Shown here piece by piece: positions 37,137 to 62,483 of a stretch of 64,000 bases of DNA (position 1 is the stretch's first letter; each line of letters begins with the position of its first letter). Made by a program: the position numbers and the translations under genes. The notes beneath the pieces were generated by a model. It was not told the DNA's origin. It did not search any database and saw only the letters and a program-made list of their open reading frames with translations. Source of the DNA: Salpingoeca rosetta (lineage: Eukaryota; Protista; Choanoflagellata). The stretch is taken from NCBI GenBank assembly GCA_033442325.1, contig JAWQFM010000022.1, forward strand, positions 310,001-374,000. The letters are read 5' to 3'.

Positions 37137-37218
37137 ATGTTTGTGTATGTGTGTGTGTACATGTTTGTGTATGTGTGTGTGTACATGTTTGTGTATGTGT
37201 TGTGCGTGTGTGTGTACA

Positions 37219-37250
<32 letters not shown>

Positions 37251-38672
37251 GTAAACGCATGTGCACGCGGCCAAATCACAGGACATAAGACACATGGCAC
37301 AATTCCATGTGTTTGCCCGTGGTTTTGTGTCCCCTCCCCCCTCCCCCCTTCACACACGACTGCATCCATCCGTACCTAATCCTACACGATACCCCACTGT
37401 GCCTCAACCCCCACCCCCCCTCTCCAATCCATGCTGTGATGTAGATCGCTCGCTCATTGGCGCGGATGCACAGCTGGGCCTGATGCAATATCGCACGTAC
37501 ACGGCGCAAAACTACACGCATTTCATGCTCAACTACAACTTTGCTGGCCCGCTCTTCCCCGTGGACGACCTCGACGACTTTGACAAGGTGCTCATGCGGT
37601 GTGGGTGCATGTTGGGTGTTGGCGTTTCTTGTTAAACACACGATCTTCTCGTCATCCCTCCTCCACGTTGCCTTTCATTTTTACAGTAGCTCCCACACAC
37701 ACGCACACACATACACACATGCACACATGTACACACATGCACACACACACACATGCACATGCACATGCACACACACATGCACACACACATGCACATGCAC
37801 ACACACACACACACACACACACATGCACACACACACATGCACATGTACACACACATATACACACATATGCACACACACACACACACATGACACGCTAACA
37901 ACAACCCCCCCCCCCCTCCAATTCACCCTCACATGCTTCCTGTGTCCAAAATGCCCTTTGCCAGGTTGGCATCAACAAGGTGCCTGCCGTGTACCGCAGC
38001 GTCGCCAGTGTTGGCAATGGCACCACCTTCCGCCGCGCCGCGTCTCTCGTCACCCCGTCTATGCTGGCTGACCCCTCAGCTGTCACTGATGCTGGGGGCT
38101 TTGCATCGGCCTTCACCAACTACACGCTTGTGTCTGCCAACCAATCCACGCTTGTGCTTCGCGGCGATATCACGCTCAAGGACAAGACGGCAACCCGCCT
38201 GCCAGAGGCCCTGTTTGTGCGCTTCAGGCTGCCCAACATGTGTGGCGGCGACGACGCGAGCAAGGACGCTATGTCCAGGAATGCTGGTCATGATGGTGAT
38301 GGTGTTGGTAGCGATGCTGATTGCGATCGTGGTGATACTGGCCCTGGATGGACCCTGACGAAGCTGGGCAACCACACGCTGGATCCCCGCCACGTTGTGG
38401 ACGGCGGTGCAAAGCACAACCACGTCGTCACCTCTTTCTCGTGTCTCGACGGCAGCGGCGTCCGTGTCACAATCACGCCCCTCACGTCCCCGCTCGTCAG
38501 CGTGGGAGAGCCCACGCCATTTCCAACACCAGTGCGCGGGCAGCCCACTATGCGGGAGGGTGTGGCCATGCTTGTGCTCAACAACATCTGGAACACAAAC
38601 TACCGCATGTGGCAGGGTGGTGACTTCCGCCTGTCCTTCATCGTCACCGTTCAGCTGCACGTACCACAGTAG
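35479..38672 (+). CDS. Secreted GH38-like (DUF5054-type) glycoside hydrolase with N-terminal trefoil-like domain
   Basis: Exons 35479-37057, 37445-37587 and 37965-38672. Hydrophobic signal peptide, then [14 protein letters not shown] (HxD metal motif), [61 protein letters not shown] and [12 protein letters not shown]. Confidence 0.8.
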
Positions 38673-39504
38673 TGCCCACAGTGCGCCAGTGATTGTCCAC
38701 TCAACGTTGCTCCCTCATTGCTTGTTGCATTGTTGCCACGTTACAATAACCTGTCTGCTTCCTGTTCTGTCGTTGTCTCGCTAATCACGTGCAATGCAAG
38801 CTTTCGCCACAGTCTTTCCCCCTCCCGACACACACAGTGTTCGTTGCATTTTAAAAAGTGCCATTTTACCGGCTGATGACCCACATTGGGGCCCAAAGTT
38901 TCGAGGAGAAGACAAAGAAAACAACCAAGTGAAATGGCACGGAGATGGAATTTCTTCTTGGGCACACGGGAAGTCAATGTTGTGGAAAGGACAAGGGGAG
39001 AGGGGATTGGAAAGAAAATACGCAGCGCTTACGACCAAAATCGATCACGTCAATGAAAAACCAACACGGATATAAGGGGACGCGGGGAAACCAAGACTTG
39101 TACACTTATGGAACCTTCAACCAGACACTCAAATACCATCCATGCAAACCACCACCACACATACACATCAAAACCTTAGAAGGTCAAGAAGGACCCGACA
39201 AAGTGGGTGACGAGAAACAAAGAGGAGGAGAGGAGAAGGAAAAAGAAAAAGGAAAGAGAGAAACGAAGACGAAGACGAAGAAAACAAAAGAGAAGGAACA
39301 ACAGAGCTCATAAATCGTAGGCAGCAACGAGTGGAAACCCAAAGCAAGTCGACAGCTCCATCGCAAGAAAGCTTCAACTGCAACCCAACTTCACTCACTG
39401 CTCACAAGCACACGCAAAGGAATCACGCAATGGGGCTCAACTCCAGACAAAAAAAAAGAAAAAAAGAATTGAGCACCGCCACACCACCAGCTACGCGCAC
39501 CGCA

Positions 39505-42500
39505 TCAGACGACGGGTGGCATGGACTGCTGGAGCAACTGTGTCGTCGTCAGCGCCATGCAGGTGAGAGCCGTGCAGCTGGAGCGAGCATAATGCTGCGC
39601 AACAGCTGCAGCAGGTGGCCGCGCTGCCGTGGCCGCGCAAGCCGTGATGGCCATGGTGGGGTTGCGGTAGCCGTAGTACTGCTGCTGCTGGCGGCGAGGG
39701 GAGGGGTTGAGGACGGGCGTCGTCTGCGCCACCGTGGGCAAGCCGGAATCGGCTGGCGGCGACATTGACGCCTTGTCGCAGTACGGCGACGACGGGCGCA
39801 CCTGCACGTTAGAGCGCCTCTGCCGCTGCGGTTGTGGTGCTGCACACAGCGATGCAGGCTGCTCACGCTCATCCAAGACTGCCACGGCCGCAGCCGCAGC
39901 CGATGGTGTAGTTGTTGTAGTCGCTGTCGCGGTTCCTGTTGTAGCTGCGTTTGGAGGCGTGCCTGCTGATGCTGACGTGGTTGTGGAGTTGGACGAAGCG
40001 GAGAGCTGTGATGTGCACGAGGCCGACCGCCGTGTGCTGTGGTGCGTAGCGGGCGAGACGTTTGGTGTCAACGTGGCTTCTGCGACAGTGGTGCTGGGTG
40101 CCTCGTCCCGCTCCAGCGGGTGCACGAATGGTGATGAGTGTGGCGTGACGAGCCCCGTCCCTGACTGCGCCAGCTCTAGTTTCTGCTCAGCCGTATCGTG
40201 TGCACCACAGGCGACGGCATACGCAGCCGATGACGTGAGCACCGGTGGCAGCACCGCTGGGGCCGCTGGCTGCTGAGAAAGTTGTTGCGAATAAGGCGAG
40301 TGGTACATGTGGTGCTGAAGATGAGGCAGACGCTCCGCCACCGGCTGCTGCTGCTGCTGGTGCTGGCGCAGGTGCTGGTGTAGGTGCTGCTGCAGGTGTT
40401 GGGGATGAGGAGGATAGTGTGGCTGAGGGGGCACGGGATACGGGGCAGCTGGGTACTGCTGGTGCTGGTATTGGTGTTGGTACTGTGGTTGGTGGTGTGA
40501 GTGGTGTTGGAGATGGGCCGGCATCACAGTCGCCGCGTTAATGACAGGGCGCGCCGCCACCATGGAACCGTACCGCACGTGCTCGGGCACATGCATGGGT
40601 GGGGCTTGGCTCGGCGAATTGACCACAGACGAAGCTGCAGTCGAGTGCGAGCATGACATGGCCGTGTTGAACGCAGAGTACGTTGGAAGATCAGGAAGTG
40701 ACGGCATAATCACCGCTGGGTTTTGGGTCATGAGACGCGACTGCTGCGGCTGTTGTTGCTGCTGCTGCTGGTAGTGGTAGTTGTGGTGGTGGTACACCGG
40801 CAGCTGCTGGTGTTGCTGAGGCACGGGGGCATTGGGGGCGGGCGCAATGTCAGGCCTTGATGCTTGCAGCCTCGTAGGCTGCTGGGGCTGCTGCTGCTGC
40901 GGGCGCACATGTGGCGGCGGCTGTTGGTAGTAGTATGGGAGAGACGGCGTGGCGTAGGGGTATTGGTGGTGGTGATGGTATTGGTGGTGGTGGTGGGAGA
41001 CGGGGCCGGCCATGTGGTACTGAAACTGCGCCGCCACCATTGCTGCTGGCTGCTGTTGGACGGGGCCGCCGCGGGGGTACACCGCAGGCTGGTGGGTTGC
41101 GTCGTGACTGACGCGCGCGGGCGAGTTTGGGGGCGGGGTTGGCGCAACCATTGCCACCTGGTGATAGGGCATGCCAGGAGGCATGCTCTGAAGCTGTGGG
41201 GGCAGCTGGGGGGAAAGGGGCCTTGGCACCACAGAGATGGCATCATAGGCGCGTCGCAGCACGGAAGCATACTCGCGCAGCGACGCATGCAGGTCAAAGC
41301 ACAGGTTAAAGCAGATGAACCGCTCGCATTCGTTGAAGTGCTCGATGGATGTGCGGGCGGGCCCGGCATAGTATGTGTTGTAGCAGTAGCGGTCATCCAT
41401 CAGCTTGGAGGCCGCCGTCAGGCACGCCGCAATCAGCACATGCACGTTCAGCACCGAGAACATGACGCCAAGGTTGGCGCGGGCCCTGGTGGAGATGATG
41501 TAGGCGAGTGGCAGGCACTCGCGCGAGCACACGCGCGTACTGACAAATTCCTCGAGAAACAGGGGCAGCGGCTGTCTGACGGGCTCGGCGAGGTCAAAGC
41601 GGCGGGGCGTCGATGGCGTCCGCGGCCGGGTCGTGTCCTCTGCGAGAATGTCATCCCACAACTGAGCCATGCCTCTGCTCAGGTCATCCCCTTTAAACCG
41701 CGACAGCAACAACTGCACCAACCACAACTCGTAACATTGCCCACTGTCCTGAGAAGCAGTCGCCATCCCAGACACGCGCATCCTCGCGGGCGAAGAAGCA
41801 GGGAACGGCGATGTCCTTGTGCCAGGGCAAGCAGTCGGTGGCGAGGGCGATGGCGATGGAACGGTGAGTGCGGGGTCGACGGCGGCCGCCAACATCACAT
41901 CTGCACCTTCCTTTGTGGAGCTAGCCAGTGCCGCGCGAGAGGCGCAGCCCTCATCCGCCTCTTCATGGTCACCAACGGCGCCAAAGTAGGCGTCGCCACG
42001 GCTGCTGCCATGGCCCGAATCAGCAAGAGCATCGCTGGCGCTGGTTGGCCTTGGTGAGATGGCGGTAGATGTGGCAGCACGGGCAGCATGGCTGAAGTCG
42101 AGGTCGAAGTTGGCGGCATTGTCCACATGCCCGCCGCCGCTCAAGGCGCTGCTCGAGGGTTCTGTTTGGAGGGTGTCAGCAAGAAATTCCACCGAAGACT
42201 TCCACCACACGCCGTAGTCGGCGATAGGAACGTGGGCATCTGCGACATCTGCGACGGGCGCGTGTGTGGGGGTGGGTTTCTCGGTTGGCTCGGAGGCGGA
42301 GGTCGCAGACGCAGCTGTGGGCGGCTGAGATGACTTGGGTTTGGACGGCTTGGCCTTTGCCTTGGGCTTGGAAGCCATGAGCGTTGGGCACAGGTCGCCG
42401 ACAGAGCCAAACTCGCACTTGACGGCGGCAGCCTTTGAGGCCAGCAGAGCGTCGCTGCGGGCCTTGGCCTTGCGCGCGTGGCGCCGGCGGGCCGTGGGAA

Positions 42501-42543
42501 CTTGACCGGATGACTCACGGGAAAGCGGTGCGGCACCGGCCAT
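39505..42543 (-). CDS. PHO80/cyclin-U-like cyclin with long low-complexity P/Q/H-rich tails
   Basis: Uninterrupted ORF of about 1,010 aa; the cyclin box at approx. 41250-41580 reads CSRECLPLAYI...LNVHVLIAACLTAASKLMDDRYCYNTYYA...HFNECERFICFNLCFDLHAS. An upstream exon cannot be excluded. Confidence 0.8.
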   Translation of the reverse strand: MAGAAPLSRESSGQVPTARRRHARKAKARSDALLASKAAAVKCEFGSVGDLCPTLMASKPKAKAKPSKPKSSQPPTAASATSASEPTEKPTPTHAPVADVADAHVPIADYGVWWKSSVEFLADTLQTEPSSSALSGGGHVDNAANFDLDFSHAARAATSTAISPRPTSASDALADSGHGSSRGDAYFGAVGDHEEADEGCASRAALASSTKEGADVMLAAAVDPALTVPSPSPSPPTACPGTRTSPFPASSPARMRVSGMATASQDSGQCYELWLVQLLLSRFKGDDLSRGMAQLWDDILAEDTTRPRTPSTPRRFDLAEPVRQPLPLFLEEFVSTRVCSRECLPLAYIISTRARANLGVMFSVLNVHVLIAACLTAASKLMDDRYCYNTYYAGPARTSIEHFNECERFICFNLCFDLHASLREYASVLRRAYDAISVVPRPLSPQLPPQLQSMPPGMPYHQVAMVAPTPPPNSPARVSHDATHQPAVYPRGGPVQQQPAAMVAAQFQYHMAGPVSHHHHQYHHHHQYPYATPSLPYYYQQPPPHVRPQQQQPQQPTRLQASRPDIAPAPNAPVPQQHQQLPVYHHHNYHYQQQQQQQPQQSRLMTQNPAVIMPSLPDLPTYSAFNTAMSCSHSTAASSVVNSPSQAPPMHVPEHVRYGSMVAARPVINAATVMPAHLQHHSHHQPQYQHQYQHQQYPAAPYPVPPQPHYPPHPQHLQQHLHQHLRQHQQQQQPVAERLPHLQHHMYHSPYSQQLSQQPAAPAVLPPVLTSSAAYAVACGAHDTAEQKLELAQSGTGLVTPHSSPFVHPLERDEAPSTTVAEATLTPNVSPATHHSTRRSASCTSQLSASSNSTTTSASAGTPPNAATTGTATATTTTTPSAAAAAVAVLDEREQPASLCAAPQPQRQRRSNVQVRPSSPYCDKASMSPPADSGLPTVAQTTPVLNPSPRRQQQQYYGYRNPTMAITACAATAARPPAAAVAQHYARSSCTALTCMALTTTQLLQQSMPPVV

Positions 42544-43746
42544 GACGTTGTTGAGTTGGGCTTGAAGGTGGACAAACCCGAAGAACAAGAGGAAAAGAAA
42601 AGGAGGAGGGCGCGCCGGGGGTCGGGGGGCAGGAAGAAAGCCGGCAGAAAGAGGAGGAGGAAGAGAAGAAGAAGTAGTAGTAGTAGTAGATGCGGTCCTA
42701 GCCGACAGTGAAGCAACTGATGAGGTATGTTAAGAGAAATGGAGTGGATGGAAGAAGACAGAGTTTAGATCAGACACAAGTGAGAACGGACGGACGGGAC
42801 GAGAGGACGGGAGAACAGAGGAAGTGCCCTACACGAGAATTGTTCAACCACAACAGAACAATACACTTTGGTGGATGTGTGTTGCAGCTGATTCTGTCCA
42901 CGAGCGAGCGAGCACGCAAGATGAGGTAGCAGTAGCAGTCGTTCACGAGACAAAACAAAGGCACGGAAGAACAATGGCGATATGTTGTGCACGATGAAAA
43001 CAGAAGAAGAGGAAGGAGGACAGCAATTGATTGGCACGCGAGCGAGCAAGAACGTGTAGCCGTGCAGACAGTACTGAGGAAGATGAACAAAAACGCACGA
43101 GGGAGAGCAACTGAGCCGGGGAAAGCAACCGACGGGCCCAACCGCAACTCAAACGGAGACACAAGCAAACACAAGAGACCAGCGAGTGTGTATGGGAGAT
43201 AGGAAGAGAGATAGAATGGAGGGGGTGAGGGGAGGGAGGTGGCTGGTGCTGTTGTCGAAGCTGGTATGAGAGGTGGGCAACAATGAACAAGCTAGGGCGA
43301 GGCCTGCTGGTTCGTTGTTGTCACTGCTTTGCGACCGACGACACTTCGTCGGGCGAAGCCGACCTACAATGCAGCAAAGGAAACGCAAGAGTCGACAAAC
43401 CAAGCAGGAAGCAAGCAGCCATTCATTGTCGACAGTGAGCTCAAGACACGTGTGCTGGGCACGAACACCCACGAGGATATGCGTGTGCGTGTGTGTGTGT
43501 GTGTGTGTGCGTGCGTGTGTGTATGTTGGGCAGAGCCGGGGAAGTCGTGATGACGGCTGACGACTTGACATGGGCACGTGCCAGCATTCTTGACAAACAA
43601 AACACACACACACACACACACGTGTCGACACAAGCAAACAAGCGGACAGGTAGGTCTCTCGAGACAACGATGCCGGTCGCATGCATGCATGCGTGCACAG
43701 GCAGACAGGTGCTGAGCTGGTGTGCGTGTGTGTTGTGTGTTGCGTG

Positions 43747-43792
<46 letters not shown>

Positions 43793-43937
43793 ACGTATTT
43801 TATACCAGCTTTAGTACCTAATTAGACCAAAAGTTCAATTCTACTCTCGTACCCATATCTGCAAAAAGACAGCCCGGAACGTTGATACACCATTTACTCC
43901 ATCTAATCGTTTTGCCAAATTAACAATACGACCATAA

Positions 43938-44153
43938 NNNNNNNNNNNNNNNNNNNNNNNNNNNNNNNNNNNNNNNNNNNNNNNNNNNNNNNNNNNNNNN
44001 NNNNNNNNNNNNNNNNNNNNNNNNNNNNNNNNNNNNNNNNNNNNNNNNNNNNNNNNNNNNNNNNNNNNNNNNNNNNNNNNNNNNNNNNNNNNNNNNNNNN
44101 NNNNNNNNNNNNNNNNNNNNNNNNNNNNNNNNNNNNNNNNNNNNNNNNNNNNN
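43938..44153. other. Assembly gap
   Basis: Run of N. Confidence 0.99.
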
Positions 44154-44166
44154 GTGTGTGTGTGTG

Positions 44167-44216
<50 letters not shown>

Positions 44217-45478
44217 ACAGGTTGTGGCCTTGCGGAACAATACAATACACACCTGGCCGATGTTAAGCGAGGGGCGCCGTGGTGCGGGTTACTTGGTGGA
44301 AGGGTGCTCACACACAAAGCGGGTTTGAGCGGTCGGTGGTGGTGGTGGGAAGGTGGGGGGGGGGGGGGGGTTGCGTGTGGTTGTGGAAGGGCTTGTGTGT
44401 CCGTGTGAGAAGCGGAGGGCACGTCGTGTTGCTGCTCTCCCTCAAGATGCGTGAGTGTCTTCCTTGCAGGCAACCAAATGATGGGTTGGAAGAGGAAAGG
44501 CAGGCTTGTTGGGGGGGGATGTGGTGTCGAGTGGAGTGGTGTGGTGTGGAGTGGAGTGGGGGTCCCTTCGAAGAGCTCGCACACTCCCAGAAACACACAC
44601 ACGCGTAGCTGGCCACACGCGGTGGTGAGCAACTGGGTGAGGGTGGCGGGAAGTTGAGGAGAGGGAAAGGGAGGGGAGGGGAAAGAGGGGGGAAAAGAGG
44701 AGAATGCGCGCACGCTCGCACAGCAACCACAGATAGACACTGCTGTGTGTGTTTGCTGCAGGCGGGCACGCGCGGCGGCAGAAAAAGCAAGCAACAAGAA
44801 AAAACGCCACGCCAACGTTGCCTCGACAATTTGTTGGTAGTATCGCCATAAATCTTTTGTCTCACCTTTTTTTTCGGCGCTGTTTGTAAACCATAAAGCC
44901 GCATCAAATCGTACCAAACAAACATTATTATCACGAGCGGCAGCCCCAACCACACACAAACAACAGAAAGAGCGCAACAGCGACTGTTCTTCCCCCACCA
45001 CGTTGTTTGTTTGTGGTGTTGTGACGGCTTGTGGTTTGGTTGGTTGATCAAGGGTGCGAGAGCGCGAGTGAGTGGCGTGTGCAGCACGGACATCTCGCGT
45101 GCGCGTGCAACTCCACGCCATTTACACCACGACCACACCCACATCTCATCTGTACGTGCATTCGGCCACAACAACCTCGACAACAAGCCTTGTTGCTGAG
45201 CCATCGACAACAGAGTGGACTCGTGAGCCACGACCGCGTGCTTTCTACTATCGCCGTTCAGCCCCCGAAGCTTCGGGTGCCACTGGCGAGTTGGAGCCCG
45301 CCTTGCGCGCAACTTGCATGTCGACTAGCGTGCGTGCTGTGAGGAGCCAGCAACAAGTGTCGCCGACAACAACAACAACGTCCATACGCCTGGTGTGTGT
45401 GTGTGTGTGTGTATCGACATGTGTGTGTGTACGTGTGTGTGTGTATCGACATGTGTGTGGACGTATGCGTTTGTGTCG

Positions 45479-45527
<49 letters not shown>

Positions 45528-46061
45528 TGCGTGCACGTGTGTCGATGTGTGAGTGTGTGCCGATGTGCGCGCGCCCGTGTGTCGAAGTGTGTCCATGTGT
45601 CGATGTGGTGCATGTACGCACAGCGGTTGCCCGACACACCTGCGAACAATGGAGCCTTGTTTCCATCAAGTCTTGTTGTGTACAACACGCACTGCGTGCT
45701 TCAAGCTCAAGTGTTGTTGTGCATCAACCACCCTCCTCCTCCTCCCTTCTCCACTTCACCATCGCCACCACTTCGACCTTGACAGCCCTATTCCATCACT
45801 TGACGCACACACACACACACACGCACGCACTGGTTTGTCTATGACTCTTGTGCAATTGACCACGCACCACATCCAATACACGATCCGCATGTCATGCCTT
45901 GCTTGCAATCTCATACGCGCGTTGTTTTCCCCCCTCTCTTCCCAAACACTCTGCGCGCGCCCTTGTATTCCAGTGCGCCCCCTTCCCCTCCAACGGCGGG
46001 ACACCGCTCACGTCGGACACCAGGGAAGCGCCGCGTCGAGATTGCACGGTGACATGCAGAT

Positions 46062-59288
<13,227 letters not shown>

Positions 59289-59786
59289 TGCGCGAGCTGT
59301 CGACCGGTGTGCGGTGGGGCAGGGGAGAGTAGGGGCGCCTCTGGTGGCTGTGATGCGGCCGTCCTGGTGACAGTGCTGGCGATGTCTGGACGATGTGTGT
59401 AGGTGAATGAACGTGAGTGTGTGACTGCGGGTGAGTGAATGTGAGTGTGTGACTGCGGGTGAGTGAATGTGAGTGTATGGATGTGGGTATGGGCGAGTGA
59501 GTACGCATGCGAGTGAGTGGGTGTGGGTGGGTGAGTACGCATGTGAGTGAGTGGGTGAGCGAGTGGCCCGCACTGAGTCGAGTGAATCAACGCACAGAGA
59601 CGGCACGACAGCATGTGCCTCTGTGCCTCGCGTGTCGAGGATGCTGCGCTGATGCATGGTACGCGTTTTGGGGGGTTTTGGTTGTGCTAATGAACCCTCG
59701 TACTTGCTGGAAGTGACGTGATTAAGCGTTGACTTGGTTTTTTGTTGTTCTTCATTTGTTTCTCAGAGTCTCTGTCTGTCCTTTGA

Positions 59787-59891
<105 letters not shown>

Positions 59892-60366
59892 ACCCTCTGC
59901 TTTATTTTATATCACATGGTGTGTTATGTAAGTTTGTTTGCAGTTTGTTGAGTGCTGGTTGTGTTGTGTAATTGGGGCCTTGTAGGCCTTGTCGTCTTGT
60001 CTTGTGGCTGTGTTCGTTTATGAGTTTGTTTTTCCGCAGGTGTGCGTGTACAGGACGTTGTGAACGACGATGTAAATAAATGCCACTCAGCACAAAGGCA
60101 CCTGCCATGTTTTCAAGCACTTCAATAGCACACGCAAAGGCAACGCCTCGGCCACTGTGTACCACCTACACGCACACGTAACAAGGCACAGACGGACAGA
60201 CAGAGAGAGAGAGAGAGCGCGAAATAACGTGTGCATGTGGAAACCAATGCACACCACGATGTACACACCACGATATACACACCACGATATACACATTGTG
60301 ACGTGCACACGCGTGCGGATTACCCACATGAACACGCGCATACGCGAGTGCGCGCAGGCGCTCAGG

Positions 60367-60506
60367 CTAGCTGGTGGGTCCAAAGTCGTGGCGGGGAAGA
60401 AACCCGCGGCATACGGATGCCCCACACAAACAGGGGGTGCGGGACGGCCCGACACCAAGAGCCTCTTTGCCTACAATACCAACGTCACCCCCGACAGCAC
60501 CCCCGA

Positions 60507-60574
<68 letters not shown>

Positions 60575-60605
60575 CCATCATCATCACCACTATCACCAGC
60601 AGCAG

Positions 60606-60670
<65 letters not shown>

Positions 60671-61702
60671 CCATCATCATCACCACTATCACCAGCAGCA
60701 GCATCAGCCACGCCATAGTCAAAGGTCAGCTCCTCTCCATCAGCAATGTCGCGTGAGGCAAACAACGCAATGTGCGGAATAAAGTGCCAGCGCACCACCT
60801 CCAGGCGCAAGTTGGGGCTGCAGGAGTGGTTGATGAAGCGCGCTTCGTTGCCATACATCTCTGCATCGACGCAGGTGACGATCGTGCGGGCTTGTGATCC
60901 TGTGGAATGCTCCTGCAGCCTGATCAGGTAGGTGGGTCGCCCATCCCTGTCCTGTTTGGCAGCCCTGCGCCGGGCCTCTGGGAGGGAGATGACCTCACCA
61001 AGGTAGAGCAGCACGAACGCATCGCGGGGGATGGCGCAAGTGGTCTTGAGCCCGTGCCCTTTGCTGCCGCCGCAGTCGAAGACGACCAAATGTGGTGCCG
61101 CCTTGGAAGGCCGTTGGCACGTTCGCTGTGCGCATGTTTCCGGATCGCAGCTGCAAGCATCGCTGCACTCGAACCGAACGAGTCCTGGTCGCGACCTCAG
61201 CGCGCATGCACACTGGGCCACACATGTGGACTGCGTACCCGCTGTGCTGCACGCGCATCCCTCGTACACCAACAACTGCTCCTCCTTCAACCCAACAGGC
61301 AGTTTCAGCTGGGAAATGTCTGTTGGTTGGGTAGTTTGGGGTCATGAGAAGAGTGAGATGGTGTTGATGGGAGTGGGAGGGTGTGAAAAGAGTGGGACGG
61401 AGGCGAAAGGAGTGGGGCAGGTGTTGGTGCAACTTGGGACATCTCGATGTGAGATGCATGCACATGTACAAATATTACAATGCACATGCACACATGCACA
61501 TCCACGCACACATCCACGCACACGCACACACACGCACACACACTCTCTCTCTTTCCGCCTCCCTCTGTCTCTTTGTTCTCCTTGTTTACGTCGTACGATT
61601 GTAAGAGCTTGCTGCATGTTGCCTTTGCGCTGTCACCCTTTCTTTTTCCTCATCGTTTTCCCGTGGCTGCTTCTTGCTGCGTTTGCTTGTTGGGCTCATC
61701 AT
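60367..61702 (-). CDS. SETMAR-like pre-SET/SET/post-SET lysine methyltransferase (no transposase domain)
   Basis: Exons 61702-61597 and 61319-60367 join as ...SSYN|HISQLKLPVG...YEGCAC. Motifs are FECSDACSC...CAQRTCQ (pre-SET), KGHGLKT, YLGEVI, VDAEMYGNEARFINHSCSPNL, ELTFDYG and TPCLCGASVCRGFLP. Confidence 0.85.
60508..60706 (-). repeat. Coding tandem duplication of a ~97-bp (GAT)n-rich unit encoding DAAAGDSGDDDG-poly-D
   Basis: Two copies of (atc)n-accatcatcatcaccactatcaccagcagcagcatca on the plus strand. Confidence 0.9.
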
Positions 61703-61802
61703 CGTCGTCGCCCATCATCGCTGGCTCCGGATTGCAACTGTATCCGACAGCACAATTATTTCACCACTCCTTCCTTCCTCCAAAACAACAACACTGGCGA
61801 CG
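61703..61802. promoter_or_regulatory. Putative minimal bidirectional promoter (SET gene / phospholipase B gene)
   Basis: 100 bp between the predicted divergent start codons. Confidence 0.45.
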
Positions 61803-62438
61803 ATGGCGCGGCGTACTGCTGTGTTTGTGTTTGCGGCGATCGTGGCTGTGGCTGTGTTGAGTGGCAGTGCGGCTGCCAACTTCACCTGCCCTCCCCCTGG
61901 CTTCTCCCCCTTCAGCTGTCCCTGTGAGTAATACATCCATTCGTGTGCGCTTGAGAGCTTGTTCTCCCTGGATGCGTGTGCGCTTGCGTCTTCACAGCCG
62001 CGATTGTGCGTGAAATGACAGCACCACCACAACACTGAAGGGCACAATGCACACAAACACAACACACAAACACAAAACACACAAACACAAACACAAACAC
62101 AACACACAAACACAAACACAAACACACACACGCACGCACGCACGCACGCACACTCACTCACTCACTCACTCACTCACTCACTCACACACACACTCACTCA
62201 CTCACTCACTCACTTGCTGGCAGCGCTGGAGCGTCCACCGGAGCCTCAGGATGTGCTGCACTTGAAGCCAGGCAACATCGCGGCCGTCATGGCCCTCGGT
62301 CAGTGACGCAACCACTGTAGCAGTCGACTTCATGCACATTGCCACGAGGTCACGTGTGCAACCATCCACACGTGCACAAATATCCACACGTGCACAAACA
62401 TCCACACGTGTACAAACATCCACACGTGTACAAACATC

Positions 62439-62483
<45 letters not shown>

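Noticed and set aside
60367-61702. SETMAR as a mariner transposase fusion or mobile element
   Set aside because: The ORF stops right after the post-SET motif; no transposase sequence or terminal inverted repeats are seen
62362-62444. Short regular repeats that might suggest a CRISPR array (also approx. 19176-19250 and 37131-37225)
   Set aside because: Head-to-tail tandem units with no unique spacers, inside eukaryotic introns, and no cas genes nearby
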